In this document: piece after piece, positions 26,921 through 39,240 of the stretch
Layout of the letters: every line of letters starts with the position of its first letter
Numbering within the stretch: position 1 is the stretch's first letter
DNA from: Paraspadella gotoi
Lineage: Eukaryota > Animalia > Chaetognatha
NCBI GenBank assembly: GCA_051294375.1
Contig: CM119264.1
Location: 6,609,238-6,673,237 of the forward strand
Length of the DNA: 64,000 nucleotides
Reading direction: 5' to 3'
Notes under the pieces: model-generated
Seen by the model: only the letters and a program-made list of their open reading frames with translations
Databases searched by the model: none
Told to the model about the DNA's origin: nothing
Translations under genes and position numbers: made by a program

Positions 26921-29900
26921 NNNNNNNNNNNNNNNNNNNNNNNNNAACGAAATGAACGGGAATTTGTTAGAATGATGGCTGCTAGTCGATAAATATAATT
27001 AAAGTAAGAAAGTTTGGAACAAAATAAGAAAAATACTGAGACAAAATAAGCCCGTAAACGCAAACAGTAAAGGCAAAGCAGTAAAACAGTAAGGAGGCAA
27101 TTGGGTAAAAATTCGAAAATTGGCCTATAACTAATAAATAAAACTGGGTTACATCAAGAAAATATAATGAGTCCAACTTCTAATAATAATAAAATTTGAA
27201 ACAAAAATAAGAAAAATTTTAAAGAGAAGAATAACGATTAGGGGGAACCCGGCGTGCGTCTCATCGTCGACGTGGAGGTCGAGGAGGAGGTGGCGCTGGG
27301 GCGAGCGGCTGCGGCGGCGGGTGAGGTCCTAGAAACCTCGACGGTTCGCCCCGCCCCGCTGAGGAGTCTCTGGCTGAAAGTCGATAGCCCGCTTGGCATC
27401 CCGCCGAGCGTTCCGGGCGACAAAGGCCACTGAGTGGTGGGAATGAGAAGTCGTCAAGTGGAGCGTTTCGAGTGACAGCTCGATGCGGGAGCAGCAGCGC
27501 GATAGGACAGCGAGGAGGAGAGAGTGCCCGTAGGGCGCCCGCGATGACCAAATCATAACCTGAGAAATGAAGAAATTAAATCAGTTTTAACTAAAGTAAT
27601 AGTAACTATAAATTAGAAAAGTTCAAAACTCTTACGGAAGGGATTCGGAGTGAGTCGGCGGAGCGGCGGCGGGACTTTGACGCGCGAGCGGTGATGGGGA
27701 GAGCGGAAGGGGCGTGACGCCGACCTCACGGCAGGTCCTCCCGATGTCGCCGCGAGGAGACGGCACGAGGAAGTCGTCGTCGCTGCTCGTCGTCGTCGTC
27801 GTCGGCGCCTTCGCGTCGTCAGCGTAGCTTTCGTCGTCGTCGTCGTAGGTGGTCGTCGTCGTCGTTGGCGTCGAGGTAGGGGTTCGACAAGATATGTGGA
27901 GGTCATAACCAGCCTCGCGCTGAAGGAAAAAAACAAGAAAACAAAAAATAAAATCGACGGAAAAATGGCCATCATGAAGATCATTAAAGAGTAAAGAGCG
28001 AAATTGTACCTATTTGGTTTGTGATTACAACGACGGATTTCGTGTGGCCCTGGGGAGTCGGGTGGGGCCACATTGGGAGAATCTCTGGGACTTTGTATCC
28101 ACTCCCATGAGGAAAGGATATGGTGAGGAGCTTTGGTTCATTCCAGGGCCGGTAGGGGATGGAGCCGTTATGGTGATAGAGAGGTGAGAAAAGGAAAAGG
28201 ACATTGGTAGAAGGAGGGTCAGGAGGAGGTGCTTCCCGGGAAGGATGGCAAGAGCTTCATTTTGGTCAGCGCAGGGGTTCACATCGCTCGATTGGCGACT
28301 CCTCGATGAGATCGGTCCGACCCAATGGTGGTTGGAGTGTCGAAGGGGACGCCATAGGTGGAGTAGAACAGACCTTTAGGAGCCACGTAATCCGGGGGAG
28401 AGGAGCATATTCAGGAGACGGTGAGGCCGGATTGGATAATCTCGCCAGCTCAGGCCAATAGCTCGCCTCCAGGTAAAGAATGCGGGCGGAATTCGCAGGG
28501 ATAAGGAAAGAAAGGACAGGGTTATGAGAAAGAATACACAGGGTTAGAGTTCGAGGGGCGAGCCTTAATGGTTTTCGAAGGGCCCGGAAATGGATGAGGA
28601 GATTGGATTGGGGTTAAATGGTTAGAAGGAATTAATGTTAATATATGGCAAGATAGAGGGCGTTTATAACCGCACAAGCTTTCCCCATACTCGTGTCCCT
28701 TCCTCCTCTCCCCTCCTCCTCATCCCTCCGTGCAACCCTCGGCCCCGGGACAAGAATTCACTCTCAGCTCACGACACAAGTGGGGCACCAGAAACCTCCT
28801 CCTCCCCTCGTATTTTGTACATATACGTTTTACTATACTTTAGACTTATTCAGACTCCATATCTTTACTTTCTCTTCTACTGATGAGAGACTAGTTAGTA
28901 ACCCGTACCTTTAGCTATGCATACCCATTCTTCCAATGACGCCCATCAGCCTCTCCCAACGGTTTAACCTTTCCCAGGATTAAGTTTCCTCTACGACTAA
29001 CTGGCTACCGCAACCTCCCACACCACCCTATTTTTTTTTCTTCATCTTTCCTATCTTAATCTTCTTTTTCTCACTACTTTCTTTTCTATCTTCACGTGCA
29101 AAAAAAAAAAATTATACAACAAACAGCTTTTAATCTACTATATATTTCGCACAAAAATTATCTCTCATGCTGCAAAACGTTTGAAAATAAAAATTTTTTC
29201 TTCACGCCAGGAAAAGACGAAAAACAAAGAACTTGTCATGCCATTCACTCATAATCAAACATAAGAATCACTAACTGCCTCGTCTCTCTTCTCTTCTTTA
29301 GCGCTAATCCGGGACACTAGTGTTGTATCGTCACATCACACTTACACACACTTTATCTTTCTCCTTTTAGCAGATATCCGGGACATTAATGTAATTTCTT
29401 TTAGCAGATATCCGGGGACATTAATGTAATTTTTTCCCTTACGTATTTTTTTTCCTTACACTATACTTACTTTCTCCCTCTACTCAAATTCAATTTGATA
29501 GTTTCGATTTTATTCTATTATTCTGCTTACGGTTAATTTTAATCTCTACAAACTGCCCTCACTGTCTACACCGCACATTTAATTCAAACTTTAATTTTAA
29601 ATCTGTATTCTTATCTTTAACTGTACCCCAATCCTTTTCTTTTATTTCACATATTGATGTATTTTTTTCTTTTCATCTTTAATTTTTAACCATTTCGTTT
29701 TTATTATTATATTTCAACTTCCATCTCAATCTTCATACACTTACTCTCTCACTCACCATTTCCGATTTCGGATTCTCTAATTCACTACATTAGATTTCAT
29801 GAATCACTATTTTCATCTTCTATTCACATTTTTATTATCTCTCTATCTCTGCTCATCTCTGATTTATTGCTACACAACATTAACTCACTTTCCGATTCGA

Positions 29901-30756
29901 TCATGCACATTTCGATTTTCATATTTAAACTCACCATTTCGATTGTTTATTGTTACTATTTTGAGCCAATTTCGATCTTCTTTCCTAAAAACTACTTTTT
30001 CTCTATCTTTTACTAAGCCTATCCTTCAACGAATTTTTTGCTGATCACTGTCCCCCTATTCACCTGATGTTCGACAGGAGCGCATTCTTTTTCACTACAC
30101 TCTCTCTGACCGATCTCGATCTCAGCGCCTTTTTCTTCATCGCTCTTCTTCGCGCTCTTCTCTCTTCCTTACGCTGCCCTACTCTCACTTTCTCAGCACA
30201 CTGCCAGGGAGAATGTCACTACGATCTCACCCTGGTCATCGATGCCTCGGCCTCCTCTTCTCCTTTCGCCTTCCAACAAAAAAAATCGTTGACTCTCCTT
30301 TCAATTTGCTCTGATGTCCCCCACCTCACGGATCCTCTAACAGACGTCTCTCTCTTTTTCTACACAAAATTAATTCTCACACCTCTCTCATTCTTTCTAC
30401 CCACCATCTCATGTTAATAATAATAGGAGAGTGATAGTAAGTAGAAATAAATGTTGGTTTATGTTTAAATTTTTAAAAAAACCTTGATTTCTTAATATAA
30501 AATAAAAATTTAATTTAAAAAAATGGTTTAAAAGTGTGGGATGACTTTATTTAATGTGAATTCTTGTGAAATGACATTAGGGGCATGACAGACATGACGC
30601 GATATGACAATGACTACTACTGACATGACACTTATATCATTAAGAACATTGAATTATAGAAAATCATGCATGATGCGATAAACCTTTCGTTTTCGTTGTT
30701 ATTAGGAATATAGAAAAAAGCAAAGTTTTTGAATGTGGTAAGCAGACGAATTTATT

Positions 30757-30813
30757 TGACAATACGGACATGTTTCGGCTCACATTTCGAGCCTTCATCA
30801 GCGTTTGATATCA
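30757..30813 (-). ncRNA. Minimal type I hammerhead ribozyme (copy A, intact core)
   Basis: The reverse complement reads tgatatcaaacgCTGATGAaggctcgaaatgtgagccGAAACatGTCcgtattgtca, the same as copy D. Confidence 0.85.
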
Positions 30814-31375
30814 GGAAAATTATTTGTGCAATAAAGAAGGGTGAGAGAGAGAGAGAGAGAGAGAGAAGGGTAAAGGTTTTCCCAACAAAGTGTGAGAGAG
30901 AATAGTGGTCAATTGAGAGAAAGGCTGAAGTTGAGGACAGATTGAGTGAGTTGTGAAAAGAAATGAAATTTGTTAGAGAGAGAGAGAGAGAGAGAAGAGA
31001 GACAAAGAAATAAATAAATACTAAAGATACATTTTTGTAAAACTATCCTTTTCACATTTCAAATTTCATATTTCATCTCACTATTATTTAAACTAACTAG
31101 TTAATTGTTAAACTTTCACTGACATTTAGTTTTTCAAAATTCACTTTTACTTTTGTTGTACATTACAAAAATGTATCTTTAGTATTTATTTATTCCTGTT
31201 GTCTCTCCTCTCTCTAACAATTTCATTTCTTTTCACAACTCACTCAATCTGTCCTCAACTTCAGCCTTTTCTCTCATCTGACCACTATTCTCTTTAAACC
31301 GCTTTGTTGGAAAACCTTTACCCTTCTCTCTCTTCTCTCTCTCTCTCACCCTTCTTTTGCACAAATAATTTTTCC

Positions 31376-31431
31376 TGATATCAAACGTGATGAAGGCTCG
31401 AAATGTGAGCCGAAACATTTCCGTATTGTCA
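31376..31431 (+). ncRNA. Hammerhead ribozyme variant (copy B; GTC>TTC, core C missing)
   Basis: aaacg-TGATGAaggctcgaaatgtgagccGAAACatTTCcgtattgtca. The missing C is present in mirror copy C, so it is probably a read indel. Confidence 0.7.
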
Positions 31432-31662
31432 AATAAATTCGTTTTATCACATTCAAAAACTTTGCTTTTCTCTAGAAATATGCTAAAAAGATGTCCGTCC
31501 GTCCGTCCCCCGTAGCTTTGAATGCCAATTACTGGACTCTCTCTCTCTTTCTGCTCTCTCTCTCTCTCTCTCTAAGCTACGGGGGGACGGACGGACGGAC
31601 ATCTTTTTAGCATATTTTCTAGAGAAAAGCAAAGTTTTTGAATGTGATAAAACGAATTTATT

Positions 31663-31719
31663 TGACAATACGGAAATGTTTCGGCTCACATTTCGAGCCT
31701 TCATCAGCGTTGATATGCA
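31663..31719 (-). ncRNA. Hammerhead ribozyme variant (copy C; GTC>TTC)
   Basis: The reverse complement reads aacgCTGATGAaggctcgaaatgtgagccGAAACatTTCcgtattgtca; mirror of copy B. Confidence 0.7.
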
Positions 31720-32282
31720 GGAAAATTTTTGTGCAAAAGAAGGGTGAGAGAGAGAGAGAGAGAGAGAAGGGTAAAGGTTTTCCAACAAAGCGGTTAAAGA
31801 GAATAGTGGTCAGATGAGAGAAAAGGCTGAAGTTGAGGACAGATTGAGTGAGTTGTGAAAAGAAATGAAATTTGTTAGAGAGAGAGAGAGACAACAGGAA
31901 TAAATAAATACTAAAGATACATTTTTGTAATGTACAACAAAAGTAAAAGTGAATTTTGAAAAACTAAATGTCAGTGAAAGTTTAACAATTAACTAGTTAG
32001 TTTAAATAATAGTGAGATGAAATATGAAATTTGAAATGTGAAAAGGATAGTTTTACAAAAATGTATCTTTAGTATTTATTTATTCCTTTTGTCTCTCTCT
32101 CTCTCTCTCTCTCTCTGCTCTTAACAAATTTCATTTCTTTTCACAACTCACTCAATCTGTCCTCAACTTCAGCCTTTCTCTCATTTGACCACTATTCTCT
32201 CTCACCTTACTTGTTGGAAAACCTTTTACCCTTCTCTCCTCTCTCTCCTCTCTCTCACCCTTCTTTTCCACAAATAATTTCC

Positions 32283-32339
32283 TGATATCAAACGCTGATG
32301 AAGGCTCGAAATGTGAGCCGAAACATGTCCGTATTGTCA
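32283..32339 (+). ncRNA. Minimal type I hammerhead ribozyme (copy D, intact core)
   Basis: CTGATGA 32295-32301, extra A, helix II GGCTC(32303-07)/GAGCC(32315-19), GAAAC 32320-24, AT, GTC 32327-29 (predicted cleavage after C32329). Helix I is ACG/CGT plus TGATA/TGTCA around an internal loop. Helix III region ACATGT is palindromic. AATAAA follows at 32340-45. Confidence 0.85.
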
Positions 32340-32876
32340 AATAAATTCGTTTGTACCACATTCAAAAACTTTGCTTTTCTCTATATCCTAATAACAACGG
32401 AAAACGAAAGGTTTTATCGCCATCATGCATATTTCTATAATTCATGTTCTAAGATGATATAAGTGTCATGTCAGTATGTATAGTCATGTGTCATATCGGC
32501 CATGTCGTGTCATGCCCCGGTAATGTCATTTCACTGAGGAATTCACATGAAAAAATTAAAGTCACTGCGGCGCAGCACTTTGGAATAAACCGATTTTGTT
32601 AAAAAATTTTTATTTTTATATAAGAAATCAAGGTTTTTTTTAAATTATTAAACATAAACCAAGTCTAATTTTATTTCTACTACTATCAACTCTGCGCGAA
32701 AAAAATTAGAGAAAATAAGAAATAATTTTTTTTAAAAAAAATTGAAATGACTAACAATTTTAAAAGTATGCTACTTGAACGAGAAACTTTTGATTAAAGA
32801 AATTCAGATGACAAGAACAACAAATAAAAATTAATTGGTTATTTTAACTGTTGGTCTCATACATTGTGGTTATTAA

Positions 32877-33483
32877 GGACGTAGTAAAATTTCTAAATTT
32901 AACTTTAATTAAAATTCTAAAAAGTGAGGAACGAACAACATTTATACTAATAACATTTATGTATAAAAAAAATTTATAATAAATTTTTCAATTTAGCGCA
33001 GTAGGCCATATTTATACTAGTACTAATCCATAAATGTTAAAATTTCAAAACAGTTTTTTGTAAGATTTTTTTACAGATTTGGATTCGCTCATAAAAAGTT
33101 AATAAAAAGAAATATAACTCTTTTTTAAAAAATTCCTTCATTAAGTGGGGAAAAAATTAGGAAAAAACTATATTTTAAGCTGAAAATTAACCTTTATATA
33201 TTAAATTAGTTTTATAATTTTTAACCCACTTAATGAAAGAATTTTTTAAAAATTTATATTTTCTTTTTTATCAACTTTGACGGAGGATTCAAATCTGCAA
33301 TAAAAATTAGGAAAAGCCTACTTTCAAATTTTTCGATTTTATAAGGATAGTACTATATATAAATATAGCCTACTGCGAAAATTAAAAAACATAAAATTAA
33401 TTTTTTTTACAAATTAATGTTCACTGATGGTATGTTGTTCATAATTGACCTTTAGAATTTTCGTACGTAACTTTCACTACGCC
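32877..33483. mobile_element. ~607 bp fold-back MITE, Kolobok-like termini
   Basis: The whole element is an imperfect palindrome (ggacgtagt/actacgcc, cgcagtaggc/gcctactgcg, ttcattaagtggg/cccacttaatgaa). It has GG..CC ends flanked by TTAA and TTAG. Confidence 0.7.
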
Positions 33484-33514
33484 TTAGTGGTTATATCCGC
33501 TGCCAAACAAAAAA

Positions 33515-34493
33515 ATCTTATTCAGCATTGTTTGAATCAATTAAAGTACATTAATAGTGGTAGAGGCGTAGATTTTATAAAGATTATTAATCCTTCAAGC
33601 AGTGTGTGCAAAGATAATCCATGAAAATGTGNNNNNNNNNNNNNNNNNNNNNNNNNNNNNNNNNNNNNNNNNNNNNNNNNNNNNNNNNNNNNNNNNNNNN
33701 NNNNNNNNNNNNNNNNNNNNNNNNNNNNNNNNNNNNNNNNNNNNNNNNNNNNNNNNNNNNNNNNNNNNNNNNNNNNNNNNNNNNNNNNNNNNNNNNNNNN
33801 NNNNNNNNNNNNNNNNNNNNNNNNNNNNNNNNNNNNNNNNNNNNNNNNNNNNNNNNNNNNNNNNNNNNNNNNNNNNNNNNNNNNNNNNNNNNNNNNNNNN
33901 NNNNNNNNNNNNNNNNNNNNNGTGCAAAGATAATCCACAAAAATGTGAGCGCACCCTGATTAAAAATGTGAATCCATTTAGGGCTTTATCTTTGAAAACG
34001 AATTTGCGTTTATGAATAAATGTAAATGGCTTTTATTNNNNNNNNNNNNNNNNNNNNNNNNNNNNNNNNNNNNNNNNNNNNNNNNNNNNNNNNNNNNNNN
34101 NNNNNNNNNNNNNNNNNNNNNNNNNNNNNNNNNNNNNNNNNNNNNNNNNNNNNNNNNNNNNNNNNNNNNNNNNNNNNNNNNNNNNNNNNNNNNNNNNNNN
34201 NNNNNNNNNNNNNNNNNNNNNNNNNNNNNNNNNNNNNNNNNNNNNNNNNNNNNNNNNNNNNNNNNNNNNNNNNNNNNNNNNNNNNNNNNNNNNNNNNNNN
34301 NNNNNNNNNNNNNNNNNNNNNNNNNNNNNNNNNNNNNNNNNNNNNNNNNNNNNNNNNNNNNNNNNNNNNNNNNNNNNNNNNNNNNNNNNNNNNNNTATAA
34401 TTAATATTATGAATAAGTATTGTGAATATATTTTATTAGTTTCAATATTTTGAACAGAAAAAATCCTCCAGGATGTAGCTACACCAATATTTT
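33515..34493 (-). repeat. Inverted, gapped second copy of the 24910-25650 repeat
   Basis: Three islands (33515-33631, 33922-34037, 34396-34493) are colinear reverse complements with substitution-type divergence. Confidence 0.8.
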
Positions 34494-37359
34494 NNNNNNN
34501 NNNNNNNNNNNNNNNNNNNNNNNNNNNNNNNNNNNNNNNNNNNNNNNNNNNNNNNNNNNNNNNNNNNNNNNNNNNNNNNNNNNNNNNNNNNNNTCGGCGA
34601 CGCATTTGTTACGGCGATGAAGAGAATGGGCTAAAAAGCGAGTTGCGTCCTTCTTTTTTCTTTTTCTCATTTTTTTCTTTCAACTTTTATTTCCTTGTTC
34701 TTCTTTTCTTTTTTTTTAATATTTTTTTAAACTTTCTTTTTCTTTTTTTTTTCTCTTTCGCCCGCTTCTTAACGATTTTTTTCCACAACATTAATTTTTC
34801 NNNNNNNNNNNNNNNNNNNNNNNNNNNNNNNNNNNNNNNNNNNNNNNNNNNNNNNNNNNNNNNNNNNNNNNNNNNNNNNNNNNNNNNNNNNNNNNNNNNN
34901 NNNNNNNNNNNNNNNNNNNNNNNNNNNNNNNNNNNNNNNNNNNNNNNNNNNNNNNNNNNNNNNNNNNNNNNNNNNNNNNNNNNNNNNNNNNNNNNNNNNN
35001 NNNNNNNNNNNNNNNNNNNNNNNNNNNNNNNNTTTTTTTTTTCTTCTTCTCCCGGTTTCACTCACGCGCTGTTTCTTTCATTTTCCTTGGACGCGTACGG
35101 ACGAGTGGGTCCGTAGGGGCGGACACGCACGGGACGGTGCGTACGGGCCGAGCATTGCTTGGTCGAGCGTACGCTAGGAATTGCGCACGGGTGAATGCAC
35201 GGGGCAAGGAATCCCAAAGGAAAGTCGGCACAGAAGTGAATGTACGTAAATGAGAAACCGCGAAAGTCGTAGAAAGAAATACTTCCAAGAACAAAAGCTT
35301 CATAGCTTTGCGATTACGAGAGCCATTGGTTCGAACCTTGCCATGCCATGCTGGCGCGGTTCCGGCCTCGTGGAGAAATTCGCGAGGGAATCCTCCTCGG
35401 AGCGATTTATGAGTGGGTGAAAAAAAAAAATCTTAATCTCGACCGGAGTGAAACTCTGGCATAATGCCTTTCGATGCCTTTCAATGCCTTTTATGGCTTT
35501 AATGCCGTCGATGCCGTCGAAGCCATTAATGGTTTCGCATCTCAGCAGCGACGCATCGCATAAAAGTGCGAAGGAACGCCTCGACCTCTTTGGCCTTGAA
35601 GACTCGCGCAGCGGAGCCGCAATTTCAGGGCTTTTGTTTTTTTTTTCCTTCTTTCTTTTTCGTGCAGAGGGCGTTGTTTTTTGAGGCTCTTCAGTATTTT
35701 CTTTTTCTACTTCTTTTTTTTCTCAACCGAGTTTTGTTCCGTTTTCCATCTTGTCTTGTTACTTGTATGATATATATCTTCTTTTTTTATGATCTCTGAG
35801 TTTAGTTCAAAGGTCAATTGTTCCTGCTAAAAATACCCAGATGTTTTCATGATATTGTATTCTCCTCTTTAGAAAGTGTATACATCCTATTTTTCTTCAT
35901 GTTTTGACATTTCAACTCGAGGTTGAAACATTTTTTTTTTCTCTGTTGACGTATTGAAGTTCAACGAGTTCGAACTGGTGTTCCTTTAGTATTCATCGCC
36001 TGCGTGGGTGCCATAGAGACGGGCCTTTATTAAGTCGATTAAATCGAAAGTCTTCTTTCCGAGGAAAACTGCAGAATGCGGGCAATTCGCGGACGATATT
36101 GTTCTTTGACAAAGTTGATGGATTTATATGCTCAGCAAATGAGAGGTTGGCATGCGTAAAGAGTTAGCCATTGTGCTTCGTCGTTAGCGTCGGCGGTCGT
36201 CGTCGGCAATTGACGTTGGCGTCATATCCCATTTTAGCCGACCGTTCGCAATGGCGCCGAGTGAGAGAGTCGAAAGAAACGCGCCGGCAAGGTGGCGAAG
36301 CCGCGCTTGGGGTCGTAAGAAGGGGTGGCGGTGGTGGCGGGGAGTGGCGGAAGGTGGTTGGGTGGGTGGAAGAGAAATGTGTGCGAGTGAAAATGGAGGA
36401 GGAGGTGGCGAGGGAAGTGGAGACGAGAAAGGGGGAAGAAAAGCATCCAGGTGCATATAGAAGCGTCATTCATCATTCGCTCATGATTGCCCCCGCCGTC
36501 GTCGGCGTTATCGTCGTCGTCGTCGATGTGATTGTCGTAGTAGCCGCGTTAAGAGAACAAAGAAGTAAGACTTGTTATAATTATTAAATGATGCTAAGAA
36601 TTCCTGTTAAGCGTTAAATACTAATGCATAATTTTGGTTGTTTTTTTCTATGTGAAGATTTGAATCGATATTTTTGGGTCAATGATTTGGTCGGCCTCGA
36701 ACTTGCAGCCTTGTGAGGACGAAATGACCTCCGCGGCAAAGATGCCCCGTCTTCGTTGTTGTCGTCATCGTCGGCGTTATCGTCTTCGTGGTCGTCGTCG
36801 TCGTCGCCTGGGTGCTAATCTCAAACCTGAGACTTTTCTACTTTTTTTTATATTTTTTTTCCTTTTTTATATTTTCTAATCTCCGTTTTTGATTCTCGGA
36901 AATCCAAGTCCCGGCTCTCTGCATAATTTTTCTTTGCTCTTTGTTTTCTCTTTTAGAGTTAAATTATTGATTTTCAAATATTGATTTAAAATATTTACTT
37001 TAAATGATCTTAACTTTAACGTTGCTAATTGTTAACTATAGATATATTTTCCAATTTTTTTATGTATAACCGTTTATTTAAATCAATTTCCATTCATTCA
37101 TTCTAAAATCTCTTCTTTTTTTTCGCTCTCTTCTTAAATCCTATTTTCAATCTATTTTTTTCTTTTTCTTTAATTTTTTTTTCGTCTCTCTCTCTATTCC
37201 ATTATTTATTCCACGGGAAGCCTTCCAAGCCCAATTTCCAGTGCGGTCTTCATGCACCCGTTGAAAGTCCGCCGATTTTCTCTATCAAATTGCTTCCTCT
37301 TTTTTCCCCCTTTTTCGTTTAATGGGTTTTCTCTCTCTCTCTCCCTCTCTCACTCGGTA

Positions 37360-37390
<31 letters not shown>

Positions 37391-39199
37391 CTCTTCCTCT
37401 TCCTTTCTCAGTCTCCTCTATCCAAATCACACGCTTTCTTAAAAACTGGTTAAAAAAATAATTATACAGTGATCCTTTTGATTTTCAATGGTGGGGTGTT
37501 TTTTTAAATTTGTTTTTTTTTAGAACCGAGCATAAACCCATTAACTAAATTTAATGAAGGTAGGATTGTAAAATTATTATTAAAATTATAATCATTGAAC
37601 CAATTAATATGTTTGTATTTTTTTTTATAATCTTGGTATCTCTTTTTCCTTTCTCCGTTCCTTCATTCATTCCTTTCCTCCCTTCCTCCTTTCCTCCCTC
37701 TCTTTTCTCGCGATGTCGTTCCGTCCTGATCTCCTGGAGAAAAATCTAATAGAAACAGGGAGGCAATCAATGCCATTGGATGCTGAGCATTGAAAAGAAA
37801 TTCCTCGGAGCGAAAGAAGAAAAAAAATGGCGGCTTGACTAATTATCTCGCAATTCGTCAAAACGGAGCTGAACCGTAATTATATTATAAAAAAAAATTG
37901 TTACGGCGGTGATAGAGAAATGAACAGCGAAACCAGTGGCTACGGTAAATTATGCAAAGAATAATGAATTGACGGGCTTTGGGTTTATGGGTTGGTGTTA
38001 GCTTTACGCGATTTATCGGTGCGAAATATTAAAAATATTAAAATATTAAATTTGTTTTTTAACAAAGAGTTGACGACCTTTAATTAGGTTTCACACATAT
38101 AATTAGAGAAGTAAAACTAAATCGTCTAAATATTTTATAACTTACCTGATACGGTAAAATTTTTTAGTATTTATCCTAAATACATAAAAGCCAAATTTAG
38201 CAAATTCTTCACGGTAAATTCGAAATTTCTTCCAATCGCTTCGGAGACCGATCGCTCGTATCAGGTGAATAAGTAAAGTCGGTACTAAATTTTTGCACCT
38301 CCCATCTCAATTTCATCTAAAACTCATTAATTTTTTTAAAAAACCCTTTCCATAGTCTCACCACCAATTTTTCATCCACGTAACAATATCCCCTTCATCT
38401 AAACTCATTAATTTCACATCCCACACTTGGGATTTTTTATCTTTTTTTTCAACGTCCCTCCCTTTTTTTATGGAGACTTGCTTTTCGTACCATCTGTTAA
38501 TTTTCTCTCCCCAATGTCTCTCTCTCTCTCTCTCTCTCTCTCGCTCTCTCTCTCTCTGGTTTTAATTTCGGGCGTCCGGGCCCGCATTTCCGATGGCCGC
38601 AAATAAACGCTTAATCATCGTTTGTCGATTCATTTCGATTTTCCCCGCAGCGGCGGCGGAACGGCAGAGCAGCGACTCAGCTGCCGCTTCGCTGTTCCCA
38701 ACTTTCGTGTTTGTTTGTTAGATAAAACGACCTTACATATTCATAATTCATTTGACTTCCAGAATGTTGTTAAATAAATGAGAGAGAGGGTTATAATTTT
38801 TACTGCATCCTTATTAAGGACCGTTTGCATGATTTCTCATTCCTGCTTGATTAATTGCTTGCTACAGCCGCGACGCGTCCTTAATAAGCTTGTTGGTTTT
38901 TTTATTGGCCGCCATTTGCGGCGAGGTTGGCTGGCGCTCGCGCCGAGTTCGTCGTCCTGAGCATCGTCGTCGTCGTCGTCGTCGTCGTAGTCGTCGTCGT
39001 CGTTTTCTCCGACGTCCACTTCCTCCGTTAATAATAACATCATGAAAAAATTATGATTACAACTTTTGAAATGTTTTCTTTTCCTGCATTTTTTTGTGTT
39101 GTTAATTTTTGATTGCTTTTTGATGTTTAAACAAAAATTCCAGAGGGAGAGAGAGAGAAGGAGAGAGTTAGAGAGTCAAAGAGAGAGAGATAGAGAGAT

Positions 39200-39240
<41 letters not shown>

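Larger units (their letters stand above)
30711..31474. mobile_element. Inverted pair of hammerhead-bearing ~330 bp units (PLE pseudo-LTR-like): A 30711-31041 (-), spacer, B 31151-31474 (+)
   Basis: The arms are reverse complements with several substitutions (gtggta/gtgata, catgtcc/catttcc, gtgtgagagag/gcggttaaagag). Each arm has (CT)n tracts, a hammerhead and AATAAA. Confidence 0.75.
31620..32383. mobile_element. Mirror copy of the inverted unit pair: C 31620-31942 (-), spacer, D 32053-32383 (+)
   Basis: Reverse complement of 30711-31474, spacer included. C shares B's diagnostic bases and D shares A's. It may be an assembly fold-back. Confidence 0.65.
30428..32693. repeat. 2.27 kb palindrome (arms 30428-31518 and 31574-32693, 55-nt loop)
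   Basis: The arms are reverse complements throughout, including ~280 bp of flank outside the repeat units. Differences are mostly indels and increase toward the outer ends. Confidence 0.9.

Noticed and set aside
28880-28915. CTGATGA matches here and at 24252, and CTGAAGA at 13878
   Set aside because: No correctly placed GAAA or NUH triplet.
31519-31573. Palindrome loop as a SMRTbell adapter remnant
   Set aside because: Only a generic CT run resembles the adapter, and CT runs are ubiquitous here, so it is not diagnostic.
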